DNA of 25,506 nucleotides from Candidatus Iainarchaeum sp. (GTDB taxonomy: Archaea > Iainarchaeota > Iainarchaeia > Iainarchaeales > Iainarchaeaceae), in contig JAWANB010000004.1 of NCBI GenBank assembly GCA_038895675.1, forward strand, positions 2,018 to 27,523, written 5' to 3'. Of this stretch, positions 17,714 to 25,506 are shown in pieces. The translations under genes and the position numbers were made by a program. The notes under the pieces were generated by a model. That model was given only the letters and a program-made list of their open reading frames with translations, searched no databases and had not been told where the DNA came from. Within the stretch, counting starts at the first letter, position 1. Every line of letters starts with the position of its first letter.

Positions 17714-19132
17714 GTGAAATTTATGAGTCTTTTTGAAATAATTTTTTTTTACACCATATTCGCCATAATAATTACTTATATTATCAAGAAAACAACTAAA
17801 TTCGATACTTACGTTATAGGCACTATAATAAAAACTGAAAAGCCTTTGCCTTTGTTTGAAAGACTTTCAAAGCACAAAAAAATAATTGACGCAATAGCTA
17901 ATTTTGGCTTATTCTTAGGTTTTGGCGCTCTGGCAATTGATTTTGTGCATGGAAGAAAAAAAAGCAAGTTAGCTAGAATAGGAATTTTTCTAATCTCATT
18001 CTTATTACTTTCAGGCACCTTGATTGGAGTAGACTTTGTTTTAGGTAATAACATTTCAAAAAATTCTATAGTAGGCTCTTCATTTATTCTTTTAGCAACT
18101 TCTTTTGGTTTGCTTGGGTTTTCTGGTTTCACTTTATTTGCGTTGATTTTACAAGGGTTTGACATAATAATAAAGATTTTTGAAGGCACAAAAGCTTGTC
18201 CAGGCGTTGCTCCGTTAGTGCCAGGCGTTGAAATTCCGAACGTCCCAATAACACCACCCTTACATGCTTGGATTTCTTTGCTAATAATTCTTGTTGTGCA
18301 CGAAGCTATGCATGGCATAACCGGAATGAGACACGGATTTAAAGTAAAGTCTACAGGCGTAATACTCTTCGGAATCTTACCTATAGGAGCTTTTGTCGAA
18401 CCTGACGAAAAAGAAATTGAAAACGCAGAACCAAAAAAAGTCCTTCCTTTCTTGTCTTCAGGACCTGCCGCTAACCTTGTCGTAATGGTCTTATCGTTAG
18501 GACTAATGATTTTTTTGCTCTTTGCTTTTAACATTACAACAAACTACTTGTTTCCAGGAATAGAAAAAAACACAAACACAGGAGTAATAATATCAGGAAT
18601 AGCGGAAGAAACAGAGTTATGCGGCGCAAAGTACCCGTCAACAGCAAAAGGAGTATTATTTGAAGGAGACATAATAAAAAAAGTCAATGGCGTTGATGTA
18701 AACAACGTCCCAATTTTACTTTCTCTACTACAAAAAGACAGGTTTAGCGAAAAAGAATTTTTAATAGAAAGAAACTCAAAAGAAATAGAAGTTAAAATAA
18801 AGCCCAATGAAACAGGCCAGTTTGGCTTTATGGCTTCGCCGCTAAAACCTCAAACTGAAAACTTACCTCAATCATTCTTAACTTACTCTTCAATTGTTTC
18901 TCTTGTAATAGAATTCGTTTATTGGCTTTTACTACTAAACTTTTTAGTAGCAACAGTCAACTTCATACCATTATCTCCTTTTGACGGAGGAAGAATAGCC
19001 CAAATAATTTTCCCATACTATATAAGCTCCAACCCAATGGAAGAAAAACAAAAGAAAAAATCAGTATCAAACTTTCTCAAAGTCGTAATACTTTTACTAT
19101 TACTACTTAACGCTTTGCCTTTGTTCATATAA
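17714..19132 (+). CDS. Site-2 protease (peptidase M50) with PDZ-like domain
   Basis: HEAMH zinc motif, GAFVEPD, GPAAN, GDII.KVNG PDZ segment, NFIPLSPFDGG. Alternative start ATG 17723. Confidence 0.93.
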   Translation: MKFMSLFEIIFFYTIFAIIITYIIKKTTKFDTYVIGTIIKTEKPLPLFERLSKHKKIIDAIANFGLFLGFGALAIDFVHGRKKSKLARIGIFLISFLLLSGTLIGVDFVLGNNISKNSIVGSSFILLATSFGLLGFSGFTLFALILQGFDIIIKIFEGTKACPGVAPLVPGVEIPNVPITPPLHAWISLLIILVVHEAMHGITGMRHGFKVKSTGVILFGILPIGAFVEPDEKEIENAEPKKVLPFLSSGPAANLVVMVLSLGLMIFLLFAFNITTNYLFPGIEKNTNTGVIISGIAEETELCGAKYPSTAKGVLFEGDIIKKVNGVDVNNVPILLSLLQKDRFSEKEFLIERNSKEIEVKIKPNETGQFGFMASPLKPQTENLPQSFLTYSSIVSLVIEFVYWLLLLNFLVATVNFIPLSPFDGGRIAQIIFPYYISSNPMEEKQKKKSVSNFLKVVILLLLLLNALPLFI

Positions 19133-19306
19133 AAACCAGCAAACAAAAAATTAGTAATGGCAAGACATTATTAGGTCTTTGTTCTGACTTTATTTTGCAA
19201 CGTCTTTAAGTATTTTTCACAGATAGGTTTTTTCTATTTTGATTTTTTTAAAGTTTTTTGCCTTTTTGTGATAAATCTTTTTCAACTGTTATTTAATATC
19301 AATTAA

Positions 19307-20020
19307 TTACTTTTGACTAAAATCAAAAAGACTTTTCGCAAATTTCAAAGCCAACTCAGCAAAATTTTTTAGTATAATACCCTTATCAGAAGAATTGGGT
19401 GAGGGCGAACCAGGCGAAGATGGTGATGATACTGAGGAACCAGGCGAAGATGGTGATTGTGCTATTCTTTTCAGTTGATCAATATAATCTTTATGCAAAA
19501 TCAACTCGAAGCCCTCTATTTCAGCATCATAACGAACACCTTCATCAACCAGAATTTTTATAGTAACTAAATTATTATTACCCTCTTTTATTTCAATGGT
19601 TTTAGGAATGTCCTCTTCAATAGTCTCTTCAATAGTTTTGCTTGTTATTCCATGTATATCAGAGATAACAAACTTAAATTTTGCTGTTCTGAAAATACCA
19701 GAATTCTCTATATTTTCTAATTTGAATGATATGGTTGATAAGACATTTGGATTTGAAATTAAACGATAAGTTTGAAGCTGCTTAGTAGTAGAATTATTAG
19801 CAAAAACAGGGCCATCATCCTGTATTATTTTGATTTCAAAAGTATCAGAAGAATCTAAAAGAATGTCGCCCCAAGGTTTTTTCAAAGTTAAAGAATTTGG
19901 ATTAAAGCCATCCTCATTAAAATTATAAACTGAATAATAAGTGTTAACCTTATCTTTAGCACTCACGTTAGGCATAACCAAGATTATAAGAAAAAACCAA
20001 AACAAAGTATTTAATTTCAT
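19307..20020 (-). CDS. Hypothetical secreted protein with Ser/Pro linker
   Basis: MKLNTLFWFFLIILVMPNVSA signal-peptide-like N-terminus; beta-rich body; SPSSPGS repeats. Confidence 0.75.
   Translation of the reverse strand: MKLNTLFWFFLIILVMPNVSAKDKVNTYYSVYNFNEDGFNPNSLTLKKPWGDILLDSSDTFEIKIIQDDGPVFANNSTTKQLQTYRLISNPNVLSTISFKLENIENSGIFRTAKFKFVISDIHGITSKTIEETIEEDIPKTIEIKEGNNNLVTIKILVDEGVRYDAEIEGFELILHKDYIDQLKRIAQSPSSPGSSVSSPSSPGSPSPNSSDKGIILKNFAELALKFAKSLFDFSQK
19407..19457. repeat. Two identical 21-bp intragenic direct repeats (30-bp period)
   Basis: GAACCAGGCGAAGATGGTGAT at 19407-19427 and 19437-19457. Confidence 0.9.
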
Positions 20021-20201
20021 AATAATATCATAATGAAAGTAAAATAAAAATCTTGTTATCAAAAGACTTTTTAGAAAAAGTAAAGTTATAAGTGAAAATT
20101 CACAAACAAAAAAATCCTTGAAAAACCAACATTATTTCTACAAAGCGAACTAATCAGTTATGTTTTTATACTTCTTTTTACTTTTATTAACTTTGATAAT
20201 T

Positions 20202-20864
20202 ATGGCTAACGCTATTATAGAACTACAAAACACATTTCTTGATCCAATGACACAACTTTGGAATTCTGCCTTAAGCGCTTTGCCAGGCCTAATAACAGCC
20301 ATCTTATTGGTAATATTAGGTTATCTTGTTGGCTTGATATTTGGCAGGTTTGTTCAGCAAGTGCTTGAGAAAGCAAAGTTTGATCATTGGCTCGAAAAGA
20401 TTTCTAAGGTTGGTCATCCGTTAGGAAAAATAACTATAGCCGAATTAGTTGGAAAGCTCGTTAAGTGGTATGTTTTCATAGTCTTTGTTGCAAGTGCTGC
20501 ACACTTCGTCCAATTGCAAGTGGTTGCTGAGTTGTTGCAAGGATTTGCAATGTGGGCGCCACACTTAATAGTTGCCACGATAATAATGGCTATAGGGTTT
20601 TTCTTAGCAGAGCTTGCAAGAAAAGAAGTCCTTTCTTTCAAAGCTGAAAGTGCTAAAGTGCTTAGTTTGGGAGCAAAGTACTTTGTTTTGATTTACTTTG
20701 CTTTAATGGCTTTGAGAGAATTAGGATTAAACATTTTCTTGGCTGAAGCCACGTTGCTTATAGTAATAGCCGGAATCGTCTTGACTTTTGCTATAGGCTT
20801 TGGCTTGGCTTTGAAAGACCATGCTGAAGAAATCTTTGCTGAAATAAAAAAAGCGCTTAAATGA
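20202..20864 (+). CDS. Conserved TM-helix repeat protein (MscS-associated / CmpX-like)
   Basis: Repeated LPGLITAILLVILGYLVG and APHLIVATIIMAIGFFLA units; C-terminal AIGFGLA. No cytoplasmic MscS cage. ATG 20202 preferred over 20160. Confidence 0.8.
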   Translation: MANAIIELQNTFLDPMTQLWNSALSALPGLITAILLVILGYLVGLIFGRFVQQVLEKAKFDHWLEKISKVGHPLGKITIAELVGKLVKWYVFIVFVASAAHFVQLQVVAELLQGFAMWAPHLIVATIIMAIGFFLAELARKEVLSFKAESAKVLSLGAKYFVLIYFALMALRELGLNIFLAEATLLIVIAGIVLTFAIGFGLALKDHAEEIFAEIKKALK

Positions 20865-20867
20865 ATT

Positions 20868-20904
20868 AGAGAGCTTTTTGCTCTCTTACTTTTTCTATTT
20901 TTTT
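20868..20904 (+). terminator. Hairpin plus T-tract after the TM-helix gene
   Basis: AGAGAGC-TTTTT-GCTCTCT followed by T-runs, 3 nt after the stop. Confidence 0.6.
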
Positions 20905-20997
20905 AAAAATAATAGCATTTTTTTACTTAAAAAAAATAATAAACGCCCTTTATAAATACAGAAAAGTTTATAAACAACGGATGGAGCTTTTTATACT

Positions 20998-21098
20998 GTG
21001 GGCTTTTTTGTCCACGTGAGCCTAATCCCAATTTCTTAATTAGACTCTTAGCAGGAACTTTTGTACCCGGCAAACCCGGGTACCACGAATTCTTTTTT
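20998..21098. ncRNA. Candidate structured RNA/element of unknown family upstream of guaA
   Basis: Three adjacent hairpins in a locally GC-richer patch; upstream GAAAAG-TTTATAAA (20961-20974); downstream T6. Confidence 0.4.
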
Positions 21099-21236
21099 AC
21101 AAAGCCTTTTTTGAAACAACTAAAATTACAGCCAACAAAAAACATTTTAATTTGACAATTACTTTATTCTTGTTTTTACTATTGATTAATCTCTCATAAA
21201 AGTTTGTTTTAAATTTTATTAGGTCATTTCTTTTTT

Positions 21237-23030
21237 ATGCAAAGAGACACTATTTTTGTGGTTGATTTTGGGAGCCAATACACACACTTGCTTGCTCGCA
21301 GGATAAGAGAATTGGGGGTTTATTCTGAAATTGTTTCTCCTTTGGCTGAAGACAATGTTTTTTCAGGTGCTAAAGGAATAATTTTAAGCGGTGGCCCTAA
21401 AAGTGTTTATGATAAAGACGCTGTTCCTTTTAACAAAAAGATTTTTGAATTAGGTTTGCCTTTGCTTGGCTTGTGTTATGGGCATCAACTCGTTGGACAA
21501 TACTTTGGTGGAAAAGTTGTTGCTGGTGCAATTAAAGAGTATGGCAAGGCAAGGCTTTCGGTTTTTGGTGGCAAACTTTTTGAAGGTCTTCCCAAAGCTT
21601 TTTTTGTTTGGATGAGTCATGGCGATAAAATAATTTCTTTGCCTTTAGGCTTTGAGGGCGTTGCAAGGACTCTTGATTGTGAGTACGCTGCTATTGAAAA
21701 TCTTGAAAAAAATGTTTTTGGGTTGCAATTTCATCCTGAAGTCACTAATACTGAGTTTGGTTTGAAAATTCTTGAGAATTTTGTTTTTGGGGTTTGTAAG
21801 TGTGAAAAAAGTTGGAGTATGAGTAATTACTTGAATTTGATTAAGAGCGATATAAAAGCAAGGGTCGGAAGTAAAAAAGTTTTTTTGCTTGCGAGTGGAG
21901 GTGTTGATTCTTCTGTTTGTCTTGTCTTGCTTGCCTCTTCTTTGCCTAAAAACAATGTTGTAGCTATTCATATTGATACTGGATTCATGAGGAAGGATGA
22001 AAGTTTTTTGGTGAAACAAGAAATAGAAAAGTTGGGCGTCAAGTCTTTGGTTGTGGATGCAAAAAAAACTTTTTTTAGTGCTTTAAAAAATGTTGTTGAC
22101 CCTGAAGAAAAAAGGAATATCATTGGTAAACTTTTTGTAGATATTCTTATTAGTAAATTGAAAGAGTTGAAGGTTAGTAAAGGAAAGTGGCTCTTGGCTC
22201 AAGGAACTATTTATCCTGACACTATTGAGACTGGTGGGACGGAAAACTCTAACAAAATAAAAACTCATCACAATAGGGCACCAATAATAATGGACATGAT
22301 TAAGGAAGGCCTGGTAATAGAGCCTCTTAAAGACCTTTATAAGGATGAAGTTAGAGAGCTTGCAAAGCTTATTGGTTTAAGTGATGTTTTGATTAATAGA
22401 AGGCCTTTTCCTGGCCCTGGATTAGCCATTAGGGTTCTTTGTAGCAGTGGCAAAGATAAAGTTGATTCTGATTTGGATAGGGAAATAAGGTTTAGTTCAA
22501 AAGAGTTTGGGTATGAGTCTTTTTTATTGCCTGTTAAAGCCGTTGGAGTTCAAGGTGATAATAGGACTTATCGTAATGTCGTTTTGTTGAAAGGAGAATT
22601 TGATTACAAAAAAATCGAGACCTTATCAACTTTTATTACTAACAACTTTTCATGGATAAACAGGGTCATTTATCTTATTGAACCGAAGATTGTGCAAGAA
22701 GTTATGGTTGAAGAATCTTATTTGACAAAAGAAAGGGTAAGTGCATTACAAGAAGCTGATGCTATTGCCACTGAAATAGTGGATGGAAAACCTTTTGCTA
22801 AAGAAATTTGGCAATTCCCAGTAGTGCTTTTGCCTATAAGACTTAATCAAAACGGACAAACAATAGTTTTAAGGCCAGTTTCTTCAAAAGAGGCAATGAC
22901 TGCAACTTTTTTCCCTCTTGAGGAAAATGTTGCAAAAGAAATTGCAAAAAATGTTTTGAACATAAAAGGCATAGGTGCTGTTACTATTGATGTTACACAC
23001 AAACCACCTGCAACAATAGAATGGGAATGA
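21237..23030 (+). CDS. guaA: GMP synthase (glutamine-hydrolysing), fused GATase + ATPPase, long form
   Basis: DFGSQYT, ILSGGP, LGLCYGHQ, MSHGD, QFHPEV, SGGVDS PP-loop, QGTIYPD, IKTHHN, PFPGPGL, KPPATIEWE. Confidence 0.97.
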   Translation: MQRDTIFVVDFGSQYTHLLARRIRELGVYSEIVSPLAEDNVFSGAKGIILSGGPKSVYDKDAVPFNKKIFELGLPLLGLCYGHQLVGQYFGGKVVAGAIKEYGKARLSVFGGKLFEGLPKAFFVWMSHGDKIISLPLGFEGVARTLDCEYAAIENLEKNVFGLQFHPEVTNTEFGLKILENFVFGVCKCEKSWSMSNYLNLIKSDIKARVGSKKVFLLASGGVDSSVCLVLLASSLPKNNVVAIHIDTGFMRKDESFLVKQEIEKLGVKSLVVDAKKTFFSALKNVVDPEEKRNIIGKLFVDILISKLKELKVSKGKWLLAQGTIYPDTIETGGTENSNKIKTHHNRAPIIMDMIKEGLVIEPLKDLYKDEVRELAKLIGLSDVLINRRPFPGPGLAIRVLCSSGKDKVDSDLDREIRFSSKEFGYESFLLPVKAVGVQGDNRTYRNVVLLKGEFDYKKIETLSTFITNNFSWINRVIYLIEPKIVQEVMVEESYLTKERVSALQEADAIATEIVDGKPFAKEIWQFPVVLLPIRLNQNGQTIVLRPVSSKEAMTATFFPLEENVAKEIAKNVLNIKGIGAVTIDVTHKPPATIEWE

Positions 23031-23033
23031 ATC

Positions 23034-24632
23034 TTATTTCGTTCTTTCTGCTTTAACTTGTTCTTCTGTACAGTCATTATCATAATTATTTTTTCCTAGT
23101 GAGTCTCCAAGGTATGTGCATACTTTAGGATCGCACTTTCCATCGCCATCTATGCAAGTAATTGCTATTTTTACTTCTTCGTTGCATTGGTTTTGCAAGA
23201 ATAGCCTCGATATTTTTTTGCACATACTATAATCTTTGGTAGCTACAGCATATGACTTGTAGCATTGTTCTTTTGAAGAGTAATCTAAAGTTCTCATAGT
23301 TTCTCTTGTTGTTTTTTCACATAATTCGTGCAAAGAGTTTTTTACTGCTAATCCAACATAGCAATTAATGTAAGCAACATCTCTTTGTATTCTTTCGCAC
23401 TTTGAAGTATCGTTTGTTTCTAATGCTATTTTTTTAATGCAATTTTCAATTAGTTCTGTACTAATTTTATCCATATTAAAGCAAATATCTTCATTTTTAT
23501 GCATAAAGGCTATTTCGCCATAACAATTGTTCTTTAGCATGTTATTGCCATCTATTCTTTGGCAAAACAAAAAGTCGTTTTTGTCAATAGCGAGATTGTA
23601 ATAACAAGAATTTCTTTTTTGGTATTGTCTTATTCTATCGCAAGCTCCTGCTTCGTAATACTTGTTCACTATTCTGTCAATGCATGTCAAACTTACTGAA
23701 TATGGGAAATCATAACATTTTGCTGTATCACCATGAGAAGAAGCTATCCAAAGTTCACAGCCTAAAATAGAGTTTTCGTCTTGAGCTTTTGAGCAATCAA
23801 TGTTTTTTGTGGAAATATCATCTGCATTATAAAAGCAATTTGCTCTTTTGGTTGAGTCTGTCCATAAGAAACAATTTTCGCCATTTAAATCAGAAAAGTT
23901 GTTTAAGCATCTGTCTCTAGAGTATTGTCCTTTTTCTTCTCCTTCGAACCTTTCAAATCTTTGGCTTACGTTATTACAAACGTTTGGGTCATTCAAAGAC
24001 TTTGCGAGGTCTGAAAAGCACGAATCTCTTTTTGATTGGTCAAAAATTAATTTGCAGTTTTGGAATGAAATTGAAGATGAATAACATTCGTCTCTTTTTT
24101 GTAAATCAAACACTTTTTTGCACACATCATTGTCTTTCAGCGCCTTTCCAATGTCCTTATAACAATTATCCCTAAAAGCTTGGTCTTTAATTTTTTCACA
24201 AATTAAATGTTTTTGCATTTCTACTCCTGCACTATAAAAGCACCTGTCAGAAAGTTCTCGTGAAATTCTTTCACAGGGCAAGTCGTTCTTTTTGGATTTT
24301 GCTACTTCTATTAAACACAAATCTACTTGTAATTGTGTTTCTTTTAGTAGGCAGTCTTCAATTGACTTAAGCAATGCAGGATCATAAGTTTCTGGTTCTT
24401 TTTTTTCTTCTTTGCCTGGCTTGTTTTGATCAGTAAGTTCTACAGGATTGTTTTGGTCTGCATTTACTTGTGGTTGGTTTTGGTCGTTGTTTTTTTCTTG
24501 GCTTGGCAAAAAAGGGATGTTTAGGTCTGGAGCGTCTTCCTTTTTTTTAGCACAGCCAGAGAAAAGCAATAATAAAAAGATAAAAAATGCCAACCAAATT
24601 TTTTTGTGCATTCTAATAAAATCTCTTACCAA
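23034..24632 (-). CDS. Cys-rich repeat surface lipoprotein
   Basis: Basic N-terminus, hydrophobic stretch, lipobox-like FSGC, Gln/Asn/Pro linker, then tandem ~26-aa repeats (CY..IA....D...C.KI....RD). Start TTG 24632 or ATG 24611. Confidence 0.82.
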   Translation of the reverse strand: MVRDFIRMHKKIWLAFFIFLLLLFSGCAKKKEDAPDLNIPFLPSQEKNNDQNQPQVNADQNNPVELTDQNKPGKEEKKEPETYDPALLKSIEDCLLKETQLQVDLCLIEVAKSKKNDLPCERISRELSDRCFYSAGVEMQKHLICEKIKDQAFRDNCYKDIGKALKDNDVCKKVFDLQKRDECYSSSISFQNCKLIFDQSKRDSCFSDLAKSLNDPNVCNNVSQRFERFEGEEKGQYSRDRCLNNFSDLNGENCFLWTDSTKRANCFYNADDISTKNIDCSKAQDENSILGCELWIASSHGDTAKCYDFPYSVSLTCIDRIVNKYYEAGACDRIRQYQKRNSCYYNLAIDKNDFLFCQRIDGNNMLKNNCYGEIAFMHKNEDICFNMDKISTELIENCIKKIALETNDTSKCERIQRDVAYINCYVGLAVKNSLHELCEKTTRETMRTLDYSSKEQCYKSYAVATKDYSMCKKISRLFLQNQCNEEVKIAITCIDGDGKCDPKVCTYLGDSLGKNNYDNDCTEEQVKAERTK

Positions 24633-24681
24633 ATATTTATTTATTGTGATGCTGACCTTTTATTAAAACAACAAGCTTTTT

Positions 24682-24755
24682 GGGCTGATAGCTCAGATAG
24701 TTAGAGCGCCTCGTTCGCAACGAGGAGGCGGCGGGTGCAAGTCCCGCTCAGTCCA
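24682..24755 (+). tRNA. tRNA-Ala(CGC)
   Basis: Acceptor GGGCTGA/TCAGTCC with G3:U70, anticodon arm CCTCG-TTCGCAA-CGAGG, discriminator A. Confidence 0.95.
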
Positions 24756-24774
24756 TAAAAATTAAAAAAAATGT

Positions 24775-25008
24775 TTAAATTCCAGAATTTATTATTTGGC
24801 GTCCTTTAGAAAAAATACCTACTGCTGCCATTAATGAACCTAAGCCAGTCATGTAAAGCAAAGTAGCGTTTCCTGCAAAGCCGTTGAGTTGCAATAAAAT
24901 GCCTTGCACTAATGATACTATCGCAAAACCAGCTAAAATCACTACTAACAAGTAAATAGAAATTGTTTTTATGGCTTGTTTTTGAACTACTTCGTACTCT
25001 TTTGACAT
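24775..25008 (-). CDS. Small two-TM hypothetical membrane protein
   Basis: 77-aa ORF with two hydrophobic helices; TATA-like sequence about 25 nt upstream on the minus strand. Confidence 0.7.
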   Translation of the reverse strand: MSKEYEVVQKQAIKTISIYLLVVILAGFAIVSLVQGILLQLNGFAGNATLLYMTGLGSLMAAVGIFSKGRQIINSGI

Positions 25009-25232
25009 GCAATAATTATGGCATTTTAATATTTAATACTTTTTGCTTTGACTTGCTTTTGTAGAAATCAAAATTATAAGGCGTTTTGCTTTTGAGTTTA
25101 AAGATTTTTTTAAACATTTTGCTTTTAAATTAAAATTATTTTTAAAGAGTCGTTATTTTTTTGCATTCTTTCTTTAAAAAAATGTTTTTCATAACTTATT
25201 TATTTGTTAAAGCTGTTATTTATTGGATTTTT

Positions 25233-25506
25233 ATGGTTAAAAAAAAGCATGAGGAAGAAAAGGATATTTTTGAGAAGGAACTTCAAAGTGAAAATGAAGA
25301 AGAAAAAGAAGAGGAAAGATTTGAGGACTTAGATGATGACGATTTTGACTTTGATGTTGATTATGATTCTGTTGACCATGAAGCCAATAAGCCAAAAAAA
25401 CAGGAAATAAAGGAAACTATTTTGAGCAAGGCTGAAATTGCCTCTAATGACTCTTTTTTTGATGAACAGGCTGAAAAATTGTCTTTTATTGAAGAGGATA
25501 AAAAAG
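25233..25506 (+). CDS. 3'-partial hypothetical protein with very acidic N-terminus
   Basis: ATG 25233 opens MVKKKHEEEKDIFEKELQSENEEEKEEERFEDLDDDDFDFDVDYD... with no stop before the window end. Not in the supplied ORF track. Confidence 0.75.
   Translation, partial: MVKKKHEEEKDIFEKELQSENEEEKEEERFEDLDDDDFDFDVDYDSVDHEANKPKKQEIKETILSKAEIASNDSFFDEQAEKLSFIEEDKK

Noticed and set aside
16531..18807. Long antisense ORFs over pan and the M50 gene (105, 145, 241 and 87 aa)
   Set aside because: They lie fully opposite well-supported conserved genes and are typical reverse-frame shadows.
21005..21060. HDV-like (TCCACGT loop) or hammerhead (CTGCTAAGAG on minus strand) ribozyme
   Set aside because: Could not build the P1/P3/P1.1 nested pseudoknot, nor find the CUGAUGA/GAAA core.
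20927..21145. 72-aa minus-strand ORF, and a 12-aa + strand mini-ORF at 20981-21019
   Set aside because: No recognisable motif or SD. The region is better explained by hairpins and promoter boxes, though coding is not formally excluded.
1..25506. CRISPR array, cas genes, IS elements, inteins, tRNA introns
   Set aside because: No regularly spaced repeats, no transposase or Cas motifs, no insertions in FtsZ, PAN, helicase or GuaA, and both tRNAs are uninterrupted.

Overview
AT-rich, gene-dense archaeal chromosome segment. FtsZ2, PAN, an archaeal SRP RNA, TATA-type promoters and Cys-rich surface proteins point to an archaeon; a DPANN-type lineage is my inference only. From left to right: a 5'-truncated multidomain surface protein; a surface-glycosylation cluster (two SDR epimerases, two GT2s, a GT-C-like membrane protein, a flippase-like protein, a DUF1624 acyltransferase); two hypotheticals; a DUF2207-like pseudogene with three lesions; a His/Lys/Arg-rich ORF; SRP RNA; a DEAD-box helicase; a TrmB-like regulator; tRNA-Asn; ftsZ; pan; an M50 protease; a secreted hypothetical; a TM-helix (MscS/CmpX-like) protein; an unexplained structured intergenic element; a long fused guaA; a Cys-repeat lipoprotein; tRNA-Ala(CGC); a small membrane protein; and a 3'-truncated acidic ORF. 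The most unusual locus is the SRP RNA. By hand folding it lacks helix 6, it is bracketed by 11-bp direct repeats, it abuts a very basic orphan ORF, and it appears to share a TATA box with the helicase. No CRISPR array, transposase, integrase or reverse transcriptase was seen. All folding and family assignments are by eye; no searches were run.
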